A program made the translations under genes and the position numbers. From NCBI GenBank assembly GCA_963675295.2, contig CAXXKJ010000002.1, positions 352,001-416,000 on the forward strand: a stretch of 64,000 bases of DNA, read 5' to 3'. Source of the DNA: a bacterium (GTDB lineage Bacteria > Electryoneota > Electryoneia > Electryoneales > Electryoneaceae). Every line of letters begins with the position of its first letter. The first letter of the stretch is position 1. The notes beneath the pieces were generated by a model. That model made no database searches. It was not told where the DNA came from and worked only from the letters and a program-made list of their open reading frames with translations. Positions 8,582 through 18,519 of this stretch are shown one piece after another.

Positions 8582-10735
8582 CTATTTCACCAATACTACC
8601 TTCCGCGACTCTTCCATCTGTCCCGGCACCGTCGCCCGCACAAAATACGTTCCACTCGCCAGCGCCGACCCGTCCAGCGTGTACCGATGAACGCCGGCAG
8701 CAACCCGCGTATTGGTAACCACCGTCACCCGTTGCCCAAGCGGGTTGAACACCGCGACGTTCAACACCCCCGCTGCCGGCAACGTCACAGCTATCGTCGT
8801 CGCCGCGTTGAACGGATTCGGGTACGGCGCCGACAACGCAAATTCACTTGGCACCAGCGTCACATCCCGTTCCTCCACCGGCAACGCCTCGTTGCAGTCG
8901 AAGATGTAGAACATGGATTCGTCAGGCATGAAGGCAAACCCATCGGCCACGCAGAAACGTTCTCCCGCTTCAGTGAGGTCGTGATACCCGATCTCGAAGG
9001 GGTGGACGGGATCAGCCAGGCTTAGAATATGAAGGCCGATATTACCACTCGAGCAGTACAGGTAGTCACCGTCGATTTCAAGCTGACTTGGAGGGAAGTC
9101 GAACTCGATCAGGTTCAGTTCCACGGGCGAAGTCGGATCAGACACATCGAGGATACGAAGGCCAGCATGTAGGTCAGCCAGATAGGCGTAAGAGCCTTGC
9201 AGTGCAACGCTATTGAACAAGGATCCGGGAACAGAGAAAGTGGTAACTTCGATCAGTTCACTAGGGTTTGAAACATCATACACATGCAGGCCCAGATATG
9301 TATCCACTGCGTAGAGATAGTCGTTGGAAACATCGAAATCCCGAGTATAATAGAGGTCCGTCCAGCTGACTTCAAACGGCGATGTTGGATCTGCCACATC
9401 CAGAATCGCGAAGCCATCATAGGATTGGTAAAAAAGATGATCACCAGAAAGAAGAATCGCCTCGCCATACTCAAAATATGACGTGGATCCTGAACAAAAA
9501 CCGATGGGAGTCAGGTCAAGCGGATCAGAAGCATCAAACACAAGAAGTTCGGAATCATTAGCCGTAAAAACCAATTGGTTTTTAATTGCAATTCCATGGT
9601 AAGCAGTGGCCGCTTCGTAGAAAGATAACGAATTCAAGGAATAGGGATCTGACACATCAAGCGCATACAGGCCAGACCTCCGGTCAATCATATAAACAAC
9701 ATCCTCCATGATTGCGGCGCATTCCGAATACCACAACCCGCCACAGCGGCCAACCTGAACAGGTAGGGTTGGAGCGGCGTAATCATAGACAATTAATCCA
9801 TCAAAATAATCAGCGACGTAGACCGAATTACCCACAGCGGCTGTTCCGTAGGCACTGGAACGGGTATTGTGGCTGACCTCTATTGGATTGGATGGATCCG
9901 AGACATCAAATAGATGAACGCCATCACCAGAAACATAAGCCATATTGTAATCAAAGTAGATATCAAATTGGCGATAATTAAAGTTAACACGGCTAATTTC
10001 AATTGGATTTGAACGGTCAATTATATCATAGGCAATAAAAACACCTTCATCAGACCATGTTCTACCACCAACAACATATAAGTAGTCATCTTCTACAGCG
10101 ATATCCCAGATTTCATGGTAAAGATTCAGATAATAAACCATAGTAACATTCGTAAGATCTGATATATCAAAAATATAGAAGCCGTTTCCCTCAGCAGCGA
10201 GATAAGCGTATCCGTTTTCAACGACGATATTCCGGAGCTCAATATTGGGAAGCGGCCAGAATCCGGCTTGAACCGGTTCGGTTGGGTCTGACACATCCAG
10301 TATTCGTAAACCTTGTCTGTAATTGGCCACATACGCATAATTCCCGGATACGGCGACCCCCTCCACCAGTTCCGGCATCTCAACATGTGCAACCTCAGAT
10401 GGCGTGAAAGGATCAGAAACATCAACGATCCGCAGTCCGGCTGAAAATGCTGCGATATAAGCATAGTCACCCACGACAACCAGGCTTCGCGAATACCCAG
10501 GCAAATCAAGGCTTCCAACTTCGAACGGTCTGGTGGGATCGGAGATGTTCACGATATGCAGGCCAGATTCACCTGCGGCAACGAAGGCGTATTGATCGAC
10601 AACGACAAGATCCTCTGATTTTTGCCAGAAACTTGTCAGCGAACTCGCAAGCTGAATATTCCAACTATCCTGTGCAGCCACCGTTGCAGCAAGAGCCAGC
10701 ATCACGATCAGGCAACACGTGAACCGTTTCATCAT
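8582..10735 (-). CDS. Secreted LVIVD-repeat protein with T9SS/FlgD-like C-terminal domain
   Basis: Signal peptide; repeated GLRIVDVSDP / YAYVA units; CTD PYPNPFNAATTI...SGTYFVR...RKVVLVK. Confidence 0.88.
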   Translation of the reverse strand: MMKRFTCCLIVMLALAATVAAQDSWNIQLASSLTSFWQKSEDLVVVDQYAFVAAGESGLHIVNISDPTRPFEVGSLDLPGYSRSLVVVGDYAYIAAFSAGLRIVDVSDPFTPSEVAHVEMPELVEGVAVSGNYAYVANYRQGLRILDVSDPTEPVQAGFWPLPNIELRNIVVENGYAYLAAEGNGFYIFDISDLTNVTMVYYLNLYHEIWDIAVEDDYLYVVGGRTWSDEGVFIAYDIIDRSNPIEISRVNFNYRQFDIYFDYNMAYVSGDGVHLFDVSDPSNPIEVSHNTRSSAYGTAAVGNSVYVADYFDGLIVYDYAAPTLPVQVGRCGGLWYSECAAIMEDVVYMIDRRSGLYALDVSDPYSLNSLSFYEAATAYHGIAIKNQLVFTANDSELLVFDASDPLDLTPIGFCSGSTSYFEYGEAILLSGDHLFYQSYDGFAILDVADPTSPFEVSWTDLYYTRDFDVSNDYLYAVDTYLGLHVYDVSNPSELIEVTTFSVPGSLFNSVALQGSYAYLADLHAGLRILDVSDPTSPVELNLIEFDFPPSQLEIDGDYLYCSSGNIGLHILSLADPVHPFEIGYHDLTEAGERFCVADGFAFMPDESMFYIFDCNEALPVEERDVTLVPSEFALSAPYPNPFNAATTIAVTLPAAGVLNVAVFNPLGQRVTVVTNTRVAAGVHRYTLDGSALASGTYFVRATVPGQMEESRKVVLVK

Positions 10736-11018
10736 TCCCCCAATCTCTCGCATTTTCGTTACTCGATTCGGTTCAGGTCAGTCGTAGTTCCGAACACTGA
10801 ATAGTCCATCAAGCCCTTGACCCTGCATATAACCTAGCGGCAGAAATGGGACCGGACAACCGAGGCGTGAGAAAACCGGACAACGGTCCTGCACACGGAC
10901 TCTCCGCTCCGCCAGATCAGGTTGAATCAAGACCCCCCTGAGCGACACCCCCTTGCACGATCTCACCCATCCGCCTACCTTTTCGCAACGTCAGATATAC
11001 TGTTTGACATGAGTTTGT

Positions 11019-11093
11019 GTGCCCCGACGGCAGAAGGCTCGTCGGGATCATCGCATGATCAACATGCCCCAGACATTCATGTCTGGGATCATC
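11019..11093 (+). repeat. Two REP-like hairpins (families D and B) upstream of pyrF
   Basis: GTGCCCCGACGGCAGAAGGCTCGTCGGGATCATC and ATGCCCCAGACATTCATGTCTGGGATCATC. Confidence 0.85.
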
Positions 11094-11116
11094 GGCATCA
11101 CAACGGAACCATCCCG

Positions 11117-11950
11117 ATGACGTACCGCGACCGTTTACACCACGCCACCTCCACCCTCGGCCATGTCTGTGTCGGCCTTGACCCTGTCCCCGCAAAGCTG
11201 CCGCAACACATGCGGGACGACCCGGACGGCGTCGCGCGCTTTCTGGTTGCCATCATCAAGGCGACCGCTCCGCACGCCGCCGCCTACAAGCCGAACGTGG
11301 CGTTTTTCGAAGCGCTGGGCGACATTGGCGACAAGGCGCTGGAGACAGCCATCGCGGCGGTCCGTGAGCACGCTTCGGACGCAATCCTGATCGGCGACGC
11401 CAAGCGCGGCGACATCGGCTCCACCGCCGAGCGCTACGCCATAGCCCTGTTCGACCGCTGGGGTTTTGACGCCGCAACGGTCAACCCGTACTTCGGCACT
11501 GACGGCGTCAAGCCGTTCATCGAACGTCCGGATCATGGCGCGATCCTCCTCGCCGCGACCAGCAACCCGAGCGCGGTTGAGGTGCAGCGGGCCTGGGAAG
11601 GGATCGCCCTGCCGAACGTGATCGCGAAGCTGGCGCGTGATCGGTGGAACGAGCACGAGAACGTCGCGCTGGTCGTCGGTGCGACCCGAATCGAGGATAT
11701 GGCCAGCGTGCGAGACGATTGCGGCGACATTCCATGGCTGATCCCCGGCATCGGCGCGCAGGGTGGCGACTTGGAAGCGTCGTTGCGGTACGGCGTCGGC
11801 GCAAAGGGCATTCCCAGCCTGGTGAACGCGTCCCGCAGCATTTTGTATGCATCCTCAGGCGAAGATTTCGCCGAAGCAGCGGCTGCGGAAGCGAAACGGA
11901 TGCAGGAGGCAATCAGCAGCGCACGTGCTGCTCTGGCGAACGCGGGCTGA
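11117..11950 (+). CDS. pyrF: Orotidine-5'-phosphate decarboxylase
   Basis: CVGLDP, YKPNVAFF, DAKRGDIGST, LIPGIGAQGG, NASRSILYA. The longer ORF-track start runs through repeat DNA. Confidence 0.95.
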   Translation: MTYRDRLHHATSTLGHVCVGLDPVPAKLPQHMRDDPDGVARFLVAIIKATAPHAAAYKPNVAFFEALGDIGDKALETAIAAVREHASDAILIGDAKRGDIGSTAERYAIALFDRWGFDAATVNPYFGTDGVKPFIERPDHGAILLAATSNPSAVEVQRAWEGIALPNVIAKLARDRWNEHENVALVVGATRIEDMASVRDDCGDIPWLIPGIGAQGGDLEASLRYGVGAKGIPSLVNASRSILYASSGEDFAEAAAAEAKRMQEAISSARAALANAG

Positions 11951-12002
11951 AGTCCGTACCATGCGGATGCGGTACGAGTCGTGAGGAACGAACAGGAGCG
12001 TC

Positions 12003-12728
12003 GTGAACACCGATCCACGCACACTTACCGTCGGGGAACCGTTGACCTGCCGGATTGCGATGGGCAGCCAGGTGGTGTCGTTTGATACCATCGTGCGGCA
12101 CGTCGACACGCGCGGTCTGTTCTTCGACCGTCCCACCGGCATCGCGGACAAGCTGCTTCCCGGTGTGGAAGTGCTGGTGCGGTATGTGCGCAAGGACTCG
12201 GCTTACCAGTTCCTGACCGTCGTGCTCGAGCAGGAGCCGGACCAACCGTCCGACCCGGACGAAGACGACCTCGACGCCGAGGAAAATGCGCCGATCGACA
12301 TCAAGCACCTGCCCGTATTGGTTCGTTTCCCGGGACGCATCACCCGCTACCAGCGCCGCGCGTATGACCGCTCGCAGGTGGAAGGTGTCGTCCGATACCG
12401 GGCGGGCGACGAGGATATTCGCACCTATCGCGGCTACATACTCGACTTGTCGGCGGGCGGAGTACGTTTCGCGACACGGCAGGTCGGTTTCCTCGAAGAG
12501 GGGAAGAATCCGGTCGGCATGCGGCTTAAGGTGTCGCTGCTGTTGTCGCGCGGGACCGAGTTTCACGACATTCCTGCTGAGATTCGGCGCGTCACATTGG
12601 ACAAGAACAATGTCGAGGACGACTACCTGATTGTGCAGGTGGCGTTCCGCGATATCGAAAGCAAATTGCAGGACAAGATCGACATGTGGGTGAAACGCCT
12701 GCGCCGCAGTCAGAAACCCGGCAGTTAA
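12003..12728 (+). CDS. PilZ-domain (YcgR-like) c-di-GMP-binding protein
   Basis: QRRAYDR (RxxxR) and DLSAGG (DxSxGG) motifs after a YcgR-like N-terminal domain. Confidence 0.8.
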   Translation: MNTDPRTLTVGEPLTCRIAMGSQVVSFDTIVRHVDTRGLFFDRPTGIADKLLPGVEVLVRYVRKDSAYQFLTVVLEQEPDQPSDPDEDDLDAEENAPIDIKHLPVLVRFPGRITRYQRRAYDRSQVEGVVRYRAGDEDIRTYRGYILDLSAGGVRFATRQVGFLEEGKNPVGMRLKVSLLLSRGTEFHDIPAEIRRVTLDKNNVEDDYLIVQVAFRDIESKLQDKIDMWVKRLRRSQKPGS

Positions 12729-12750
12729 CATCCCAGGTACGGATTATTTC

Positions 12751-13329
12751 ATGGAATACAAGGACGTTCTTGAGCTGCTCAAGCAACGCGGAGCTCTGCT
12801 CGAAGGCCACTTCAAACTCGCCAGCGGGCTGCATTCCAACCGCTACGTCGAAAAGTTCCGCCTGCTGGAAGATCCGGTGACGACGGAGACAATCATCGCC
12901 GCGATGGCGGAGAAGGTCCGCGAGTATGAGCCGGACGTTGTCGTCGGCCCCGTTACCGGCGGCGTGATCCTGTCCTATGAAATGGCTCGTCAGCTCGGAA
13001 CCCGCGCCTATTTCACGGAAAAGACGGCGGATGGCGGCATGGAGTTGCGTCGTGGGTTTGACGTCGAGGGCAAGAAAGTCTTGCTCATCGAGGACATCGT
13101 CACCACCGGCGGAAGCATTTTGAAAGCCGGCGAAGCGGTACGCAAGGCCGGCGGCGAAGTCGTCGCGTTCGCGATCCTCGTTGACCGCAGTTCGGGACGG
13201 TTCAAGCCGGACGCTCCGCTGGTTTCGCTGGTCACGCTCGAGATCGAAACCTACCCGCCGGACAACTTGCCGGACTGGCTCGCCGACATTCCGCTCACCG
13301 AACCGGGGAGCAAGCATGCGCGTAGCTGA
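12751..13329 (+). CDS. pyrE: Orotate phosphoribosyltransferase
   Basis: GHFKLASGLHS and the PRPP-binding motif LLIEDIVTTGGS. Confidence 0.95.
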   Translation: MEYKDVLELLKQRGALLEGHFKLASGLHSNRYVEKFRLLEDPVTTETIIAAMAEKVREYEPDVVVGPVTGGVILSYEMARQLGTRAYFTEKTADGGMELRRGFDVEGKKVLLIEDIVTTGGSILKAGEAVRKAGGEVVAFAILVDRSSGRFKPDAPLVSLVTLEIETYPPDNLPDWLADIPLTEPGSKHARS

Positions 13330-14179
13330 TGGTGGCATCGCCGTCTGCCCGCTGGGGTCGGGATCCAAGGGCAACGCATACTGGGTGGAAACCGCCAAAA
13401 CCGCCATCCTGATCGACGCCGGCTTCAGCTTCAAGCAGCTATCCGGACGGATTGCCGACATCGGCCGTGACATCGCCGACGTCGAGCACCTGTTCATCAC
13501 GCACGAACACAACGACCACGTCCAGTCGCTGAAAGTGATGTTGAAACGCCACCGGCCGACAATATGGACCTCCGGCGGCACCCTTCGCGCCATTCGCAAA
13601 TACCTGCCGGACGGCGCGTCGGTCAAACGCATCAGCAGCAACCCGGAAAACGCCGGCGACATTATCGCGCAGGCGATTCCGGTCATGCATGACGCCGCTG
13701 AGCCGTTCGCCTACCGGTTTGATTCGCACGCGGGCTCGCTCGCCATTGTGACCGATCTCGGTGAATGGACAGCGGATACCGTGACTGCGCTGGACGGTCC
13801 GGATGTCTTCGTCTGCGAGGCCAACCACGATCCCGAGATGCTCGCGGCGGGGCCGTACCCATGGTACCTGAAGCAACGGATCGCGTCGGACATGGGTCAC
13901 CTCAGCAACGATCAGGGCGCGTTGCTTGCGGCGGCGGCGGTGAAAAAGGGGACACGGGAGATTGTCCTCGCGCACCTCAGCGAGACGAACAACGATTCCA
14001 GCCTCGCCCTGGAGGTGTTTGGAACGCAGCTGAACGGCACGCGTGATCAGGTACATATTCACGCGGCGGCACAAACCCAGCCCGGCCCGTGGGTACGGTC
14101 TGCGGTGCATGAAACGGTGGGCGAAAAACAAGCGCGTGGCGGCCCGTCCATCGCCAGCCTGTTGCGCCGTCCACGTTGA
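13316..14179 (+). CDS. MBL-fold metallo-hydrolase (YycJ/WalJ-like)
   Basis: SGSKGNA, IDAG, THEHNDH, EANHD, GHLSN, LAHLSETNN. Confidence 0.88.
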   Translation: MRVADGGIAVCPLGSGSKGNAYWVETAKTAILIDAGFSFKQLSGRIADIGRDIADVEHLFITHEHNDHVQSLKVMLKRHRPTIWTSGGTLRAIRKYLPDGASVKRISSNPENAGDIIAQAIPVMHDAAEPFAYRFDSHAGSLAIVTDLGEWTADTVTALDGPDVFVCEANHDPEMLAAGPYPWYLKQRIASDMGHLSNDQGALLAAAAVKKGTREIVLAHLSETNNDSSLALEVFGTQLNGTRDQVHIHAAAQTQPGPWVRSAVHETVGEKQARGGPSIASLLRRPR

Positions 14180-14256
14180 GCGCTACCAATACTTAACGAG
14201 TAGAGCAAACGTCTATCTGTAACCATAAACAAACGTTAACCTCGGAGGGTGAGTCG

Positions 14257-14859
14257 ATGTCGCTCCGACGCATGAGTCTCAAGCTGCTGGGTGCAATGCT
14301 GATCGTCGCGTTCGCACTCGTCCTGATGACAGGCTGTGGAGGTGGAGTGAAAGACGAAGTCGCAGTGATGGAAACCAGCATGGGCGAGGTCGTCCTCGGG
14401 TTCTTCCCGGATGTCGCGCCGAACCATGTCGCCAACTTCAAGCAGATCGCACGCGACGGTCTGTACGACAACACGCTGTTTCACCGGGTCATTCCAGGTT
14501 TCGTGATCCAGGGCGGCGACCCGGAGACGGCGAATCCCGACACCCCGCGCAGCCGTTACGGCACCGGCGGCACCGGCCACAATGTGAACGCGGAATTCAG
14601 CGACCTCAAGCACAAGCGCGGCACGCTCGCCGCCGCACGGTCGCAGGACCCGAACAGCGCGGACGCCCAGTTCTACATCGCACTGAACGCGATCCCGCAC
14701 CTGGACGGCCAGTACACCATCTTCGGTGAAGTCCTGCGTGGCATGGACGTCGTCGATTCCATCGCGGCGGTCAAAACCGACATGCGCGACATTCCGACCG
14801 AGGACGTGCGCATCCTGAGTGTCAAGATCATGTCGAAGAAGGAAGCTGGCCTCGAGTGA
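14257..14859 (+). CDS. Cyclophilin-type peptidyl-prolyl isomerase, lipoprotein
   Basis: FHRVIPGFVIQGGDP and HLDGQYTIFGEV motifs; lipobox MTGC. Confidence 0.93.
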   Translation: MSLRRMSLKLLGAMLIVAFALVLMTGCGGGVKDEVAVMETSMGEVVLGFFPDVAPNHVANFKQIARDGLYDNTLFHRVIPGFVIQGGDPETANPDTPRSRYGTGGTGHNVNAEFSDLKHKRGTLAAARSQDPNSADAQFYIALNAIPHLDGQYTIFGEVLRGMDVVDSIAAVKTDMRDIPTEDVRILSVKIMSKKEAGLE

Positions 14860-14891
14860 GGTCGCCTGCCCGACATACGAACGAAGTCCAT

Positions 14892-14930
14892 GGCCGGGTT
14901 GCTGCGACACATGCGGCCCGGCCTTTTTTT
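14892..14930 (+). terminator. Intrinsic terminator after the PPIase gene
   Basis: GGCCGGGTTGC...GCGGCCCGGCC followed by T7. Confidence 0.75.
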
Positions 14931-14948
14931 CCTGCGGACGCCCCCCTA

Positions 14949-16529
14949 ATGGGTGTCGCGTCAGGACCAGTATTCTCTAGCAGTAAGTTATTCAGGATCA
15001 ATACACTTATCGTGTTGGTTATCTGTTTTCTCGCCCTGTTTGCGGCCTCGGTTCAGGCGAAAACCGTCACTGTAACGACATGGGATGTGGAGGTCGAGTA
15101 CGGCGCGTATGATCGCGGCGATGTCTTCCGCGACACTCTGTCGTTCGTCGAGGCTGAGGGCTCGACAATCATCACCACCGAAATGGATCCCACCTGCGAG
15201 TGCCTCACCGGTGACGTTCTCGAGGACGGCTCACTCGCCTTCAGTCTAGAGGTGCTGGAGGAGGAATACAACGGCCCGACCGAAAAGCTGATGTATGTCT
15301 TCACCCGCACCTCATCCCTCGACTTGTTACGCGTGCGGCTGAAATTCACCGTCAATCCACGCGGCACTCTCGACGAAGATGAAGAGTTGGACCAGGAGTA
15401 CCTCGATACACACGAGTCTGAACCGCTCCCAGTCACCGAGGACACCCTCCGCGGCAGCATCGACCTGGTCTTTTTCCATTCACCCGGCTGCCGCACCTGC
15501 AACCGCATCATGGAGTTCACCCTGCCCGGGCTGCAGCAACGATGGGGTGAACGGCTCGTGGTGCACGAAGTCGACCTGGATGAACGCCACGGCTACGCCC
15601 GTCTGCTCGCCGCGCGCGAACATTATGGAGTGGAGAAGCGAGCGGGTTCGTTCCTTGTCGCAGTGGGAGATACGGCCCTGCAGACCACAGCCGACCTGTA
15701 CGACCGGCTCGACCGGGCCATCGAAAACGCGTTGCGTGATGGCGCCCAAACCTACATGGCGCTTGACATTGATCCGGATGAGGGGGTCGCAAAGACACGC
15801 TCAGTCTTTCGCTCGATGGGATTCTGGACGGTTGCCGGCGCGGGTTTGCTGGACGGTTTGAACCCCTGCGCATTCGCGACCATCGTCTTTTTCATTAGCT
15901 TGCTGTCGTACGCCGGTTCGACGAAACGTCAGATCCTGATCGTCGGCACCGGCTTCAGTGTGTCGGTCTTCACGGTGTATCTGCTGCTTGGCCTGGGTGC
16001 GTTTCGCGCGCTGCAGGCGTTGTCGGCGTACAGCTTGATCGGGCGGATCATCTGGTGGTTGACGATCGCGTTACTCGCCGTGCTGGTTTTGCTCTCCCTT
16101 CGCGACACGATTCAGTTCTACCGTACCGGCCAGACCCGGGACGCATTCCTGCAATTATCCCGTGGCACAAAACGACGCATCCACGAGAGCATACGTCGCG
16201 GGTTGAAAACCCGCAACCTGCTTCTTGCTTCCATCGGGATCGGCGCGACAGTCACCTTGTTCGAGGCGGCATGCACCGGCCAGGTGTACCTGCCAGCGAT
16301 TGTGTTGATGCTGAATGACCCGTTGATGAGCGACCAGGCGTGGCTGTATCTCGTCCTCTACAACCTGCTGTTCATCATGCCACTGCTCGTTGTATTCGCT
16401 CTAACGTATATAGGCATAGGTTCATCCTCCTTTGCCGACTGGAGTAAGCGTCACTACGGTCTAACCCGAATCGCCCTCACTCTCCTCTTCGCCGCATTTC
16501 TTGCTGTATTGCTAGTTCAGGGCATCTGA
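14949..16529 (+). CDS. Thioredoxin-fold plus CcdA/DsbD-like membrane protein (start uncertain)
   Basis: FFHSPGCRTC (CxxC); transmembrane region with DGLNPCAF and FEAACTGQVY cysteines; N-terminal Ig-like segment containing TCEC. Confidence 0.75.
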   Translation: MGVASGPVFSSSKLFRINTLIVLVICFLALFAASVQAKTVTVTTWDVEVEYGAYDRGDVFRDTLSFVEAEGSTIITTEMDPTCECLTGDVLEDGSLAFSLEVLEEEYNGPTEKLMYVFTRTSSLDLLRVRLKFTVNPRGTLDEDEELDQEYLDTHESEPLPVTEDTLRGSIDLVFFHSPGCRTCNRIMEFTLPGLQQRWGERLVVHEVDLDERHGYARLLAAREHYGVEKRAGSFLVAVGDTALQTTADLYDRLDRAIENALRDGAQTYMALDIDPDEGVAKTRSVFRSMGFWTVAGAGLLDGLNPCAFATIVFFISLLSYAGSTKRQILIVGTGFSVSVFTVYLLLGLGAFRALQALSAYSLIGRIIWWLTIALLAVLVLLSLRDTIQFYRTGQTRDAFLQLSRGTKRRIHESIRRGLKTRNLLLASIGIGATVTLFEAACTGQVYLPAIVLMLNDPLMSDQAWLYLVLYNLLFIMPLLVVFALTYIGIGSSSFADWSKRHYGLTRIALTLLFAAFLAVLLVQGI

Positions 16530-17102
16530 ATCGGAACCGCACCCGAACGCTCAAGCCCTTGTCCTGCCTCAAAAATCCGGAATCGCGTCATCTCATGAAA
16601 ATGAGAAATCAACAGGTAGATAAGTGTGTTGATAATCTTGTGTGCTAGAAGGGGATACGGCGGAAGTCCTCTCGCAGTGTGGGAAAAGAGATGTATCATT
16701 CCGCGACAAAGCGGCTTTGTCGCATTTCTCTCTGCATATCCGAATATGCGAGGAATAGACTGTGTTACAGCCAAATCAGACCGTCTCAACATCGAACACC
16801 ACACTGTCTCAATGAGCGTTTATGGCAAAGATATGAGAAGTTGAGTGGTTGTCGAAAGCGAGTGGTGGACTTATGCAGAAATCGAAACAATAAATAGGGA
16901 CAGACCCCTATATAAATAAGGCCAACACTGGGATACAGCGAATCTCGCATGTACAGGCAGCCGTCGCCGAACGCGCTGCTTTTGAGGCGAAAAGAGCCAT
17001 ACATGCTGCCAGGGCATGCTGGGTCAATCAGCTTCAAATCGGTGGAATGAACTTCAGATATGGAGTAAAAAGTCTGAGGACGTTCGGCGTGGCGACGGGG
17101 GA

Positions 17103-18179
17103 TCAGCCCTGGTCTTTCACCTTGTCTTGCAGGATGGAGCGGGCCGCGAGTTGTCCACAGGCGGCGGATACATCTCGCCCACGGCTTTTCCGCAGCACGA
17201 CGGTCCGTCCCAACCGCACCAGTTCCGACGCGATCCGCTCGAGGGCTTCTTCGTCCGCACGCCTGTACGCGCCCGCCGCTTCGTTGTAGCGCAGCAGGTT
17301 GATCTTGGTCGGCAAGTTGCCGATCCACTTGTGCAGCGCGCGGGCGTCCTCGAGCTTGTCGTTGAGGCCGTTGGCGACGAGAAACGCAATCGTGATGCGG
17401 TGTTTCGTCTGATCGGCGTAATCTGTCAGTGCTTCGTGCATCTGCGCCAGGTTGAATCGTCCGGCGACCGGCAGCACTTTCGAACGGACCTCATCATGCG
17501 GCGAGGAGATGGAGAAGACAAGTTTCGGCGGATCGGGGTATTTGGCCAGTTTGCGCACCTGTCCGGGGATACCGACCGTCGAGATGGTCACTTTCCGCTT
17601 TGACAGGGCGATTCCGTCTCCGTCGGTCAGCAGCGCGTAGGATTGCATCACCTGGTCGAGGTTCGCAAGCGGTTCGCCCATGCCCATGAACACGACGTTA
17701 CTGATCCGTGGTTCGACCCGTGCACGGATGGCGAGGAAGGTGCCGACAATTTCCGCGGCGGTCATGTTCCGTTTCAGGCCGAGCAACCCAGTGGCACAGA
17801 ACGTGCACGCGAACGCGCACCCGACCTGGCTGGACAGGCACACGGTGTTCCGGTCTTCGGTCGGAATGAACACCGCTTCCACGCGTTCCCCGTCATAGAG
17901 TTCGAACAGGAACTTGGTCGCGGTGTCTGGACCGTCGCCGGAGACCTGCTCGACCACGGTTGGCAGATCGAGGTGGAAATCGCGTTTCAGTTCGGCGCGC
18001 AGCGTTTTCGACAGATCGGTCATCTCGTCGAAATCGGTCACGCCACGGTAGTAGATCCACGTGTACAGTTGCCTGCCGTGGAACGGGCGATAGCCGCGTA
18101 CTTCCAGTAGTTCGATCAGCTCGTCGCGTGTTTTTCCGAGCAGCGGTTGCGTGGTTGGTTGTGTTTCGGTTTCGGCCAT
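17103..18179 (-). CDS. rlmN: 23S rRNA/tRNA methyltransferase RlmN (radical SAM)
   Basis: CLSSQVGCAFACTFCATG, VFMGMGEP, AACGQL. Confidence 0.96.
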   Translation of the reverse strand: MAETETQPTTQPLLGKTRDELIELLEVRGYRPFHGRQLYTWIYYRGVTDFDEMTDLSKTLRAELKRDFHLDLPTVVEQVSGDGPDTATKFLFELYDGERVEAVFIPTEDRNTVCLSSQVGCAFACTFCATGLLGLKRNMTAAEIVGTFLAIRARVEPRISNVVFMGMGEPLANLDQVMQSYALLTDGDGIALSKRKVTISTVGIPGQVRKLAKYPDPPKLVFSISSPHDEVRSKVLPVAGRFNLAQMHEALTDYADQTKHRITIAFLVANGLNDKLEDARALHKWIGNLPTKINLLRYNEAAGAYRRADEEALERIASELVRLGRTVVLRKSRGRDVSAACGQLAARSILQDKVKDQG

Positions 18180-18519
18180 GGCGTAAAGTACCCGGTGGGG
18201 AGGGACGTTTCAACGTGAGTTTCGTCACTGCGAGCGCGGTAGTTTTGGCGATTCCGAGAGGCAGAAGAATGTCGGCACGCGAGGCGGTTTGAGTTGCATC
18301 GGACAGGCTGTGGAGACAACATTTACTGTCTGGGTTCAGAAACAAGGTAAAGGGTCAGAGCCTGCGTACTGTGCAGGTTCGTTTTGAAACCCGGCAGTCT
18401 CGAAAAACCCATTGTTGAACGTAATCCCCTGAATCGCGCGGATTCGGGGGAAGTGTATAGTTGTGAATCCCGGCCACACCGCAGATGATGCGTGCCGGGC
18501 AGACCTCTGGAGGAGATCG

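Noticed and set aside
8339-9025. Small ORFs containing PRHSCLG / PQTFMSG / PLMAPPAG peptides (also 22473, 33126, 46197, 53540)
   Set aside because: They are translations of the intergenic repeat units, not independent genes.
10922-11116. N-terminal extensions in the ORF track (pyrF; also M28, mfd, hutU, 33482, 60553, 14856)
   Set aside because: They run through repeats, terminators or neighbouring genes. Family homology and RBS positions support downstream starts.
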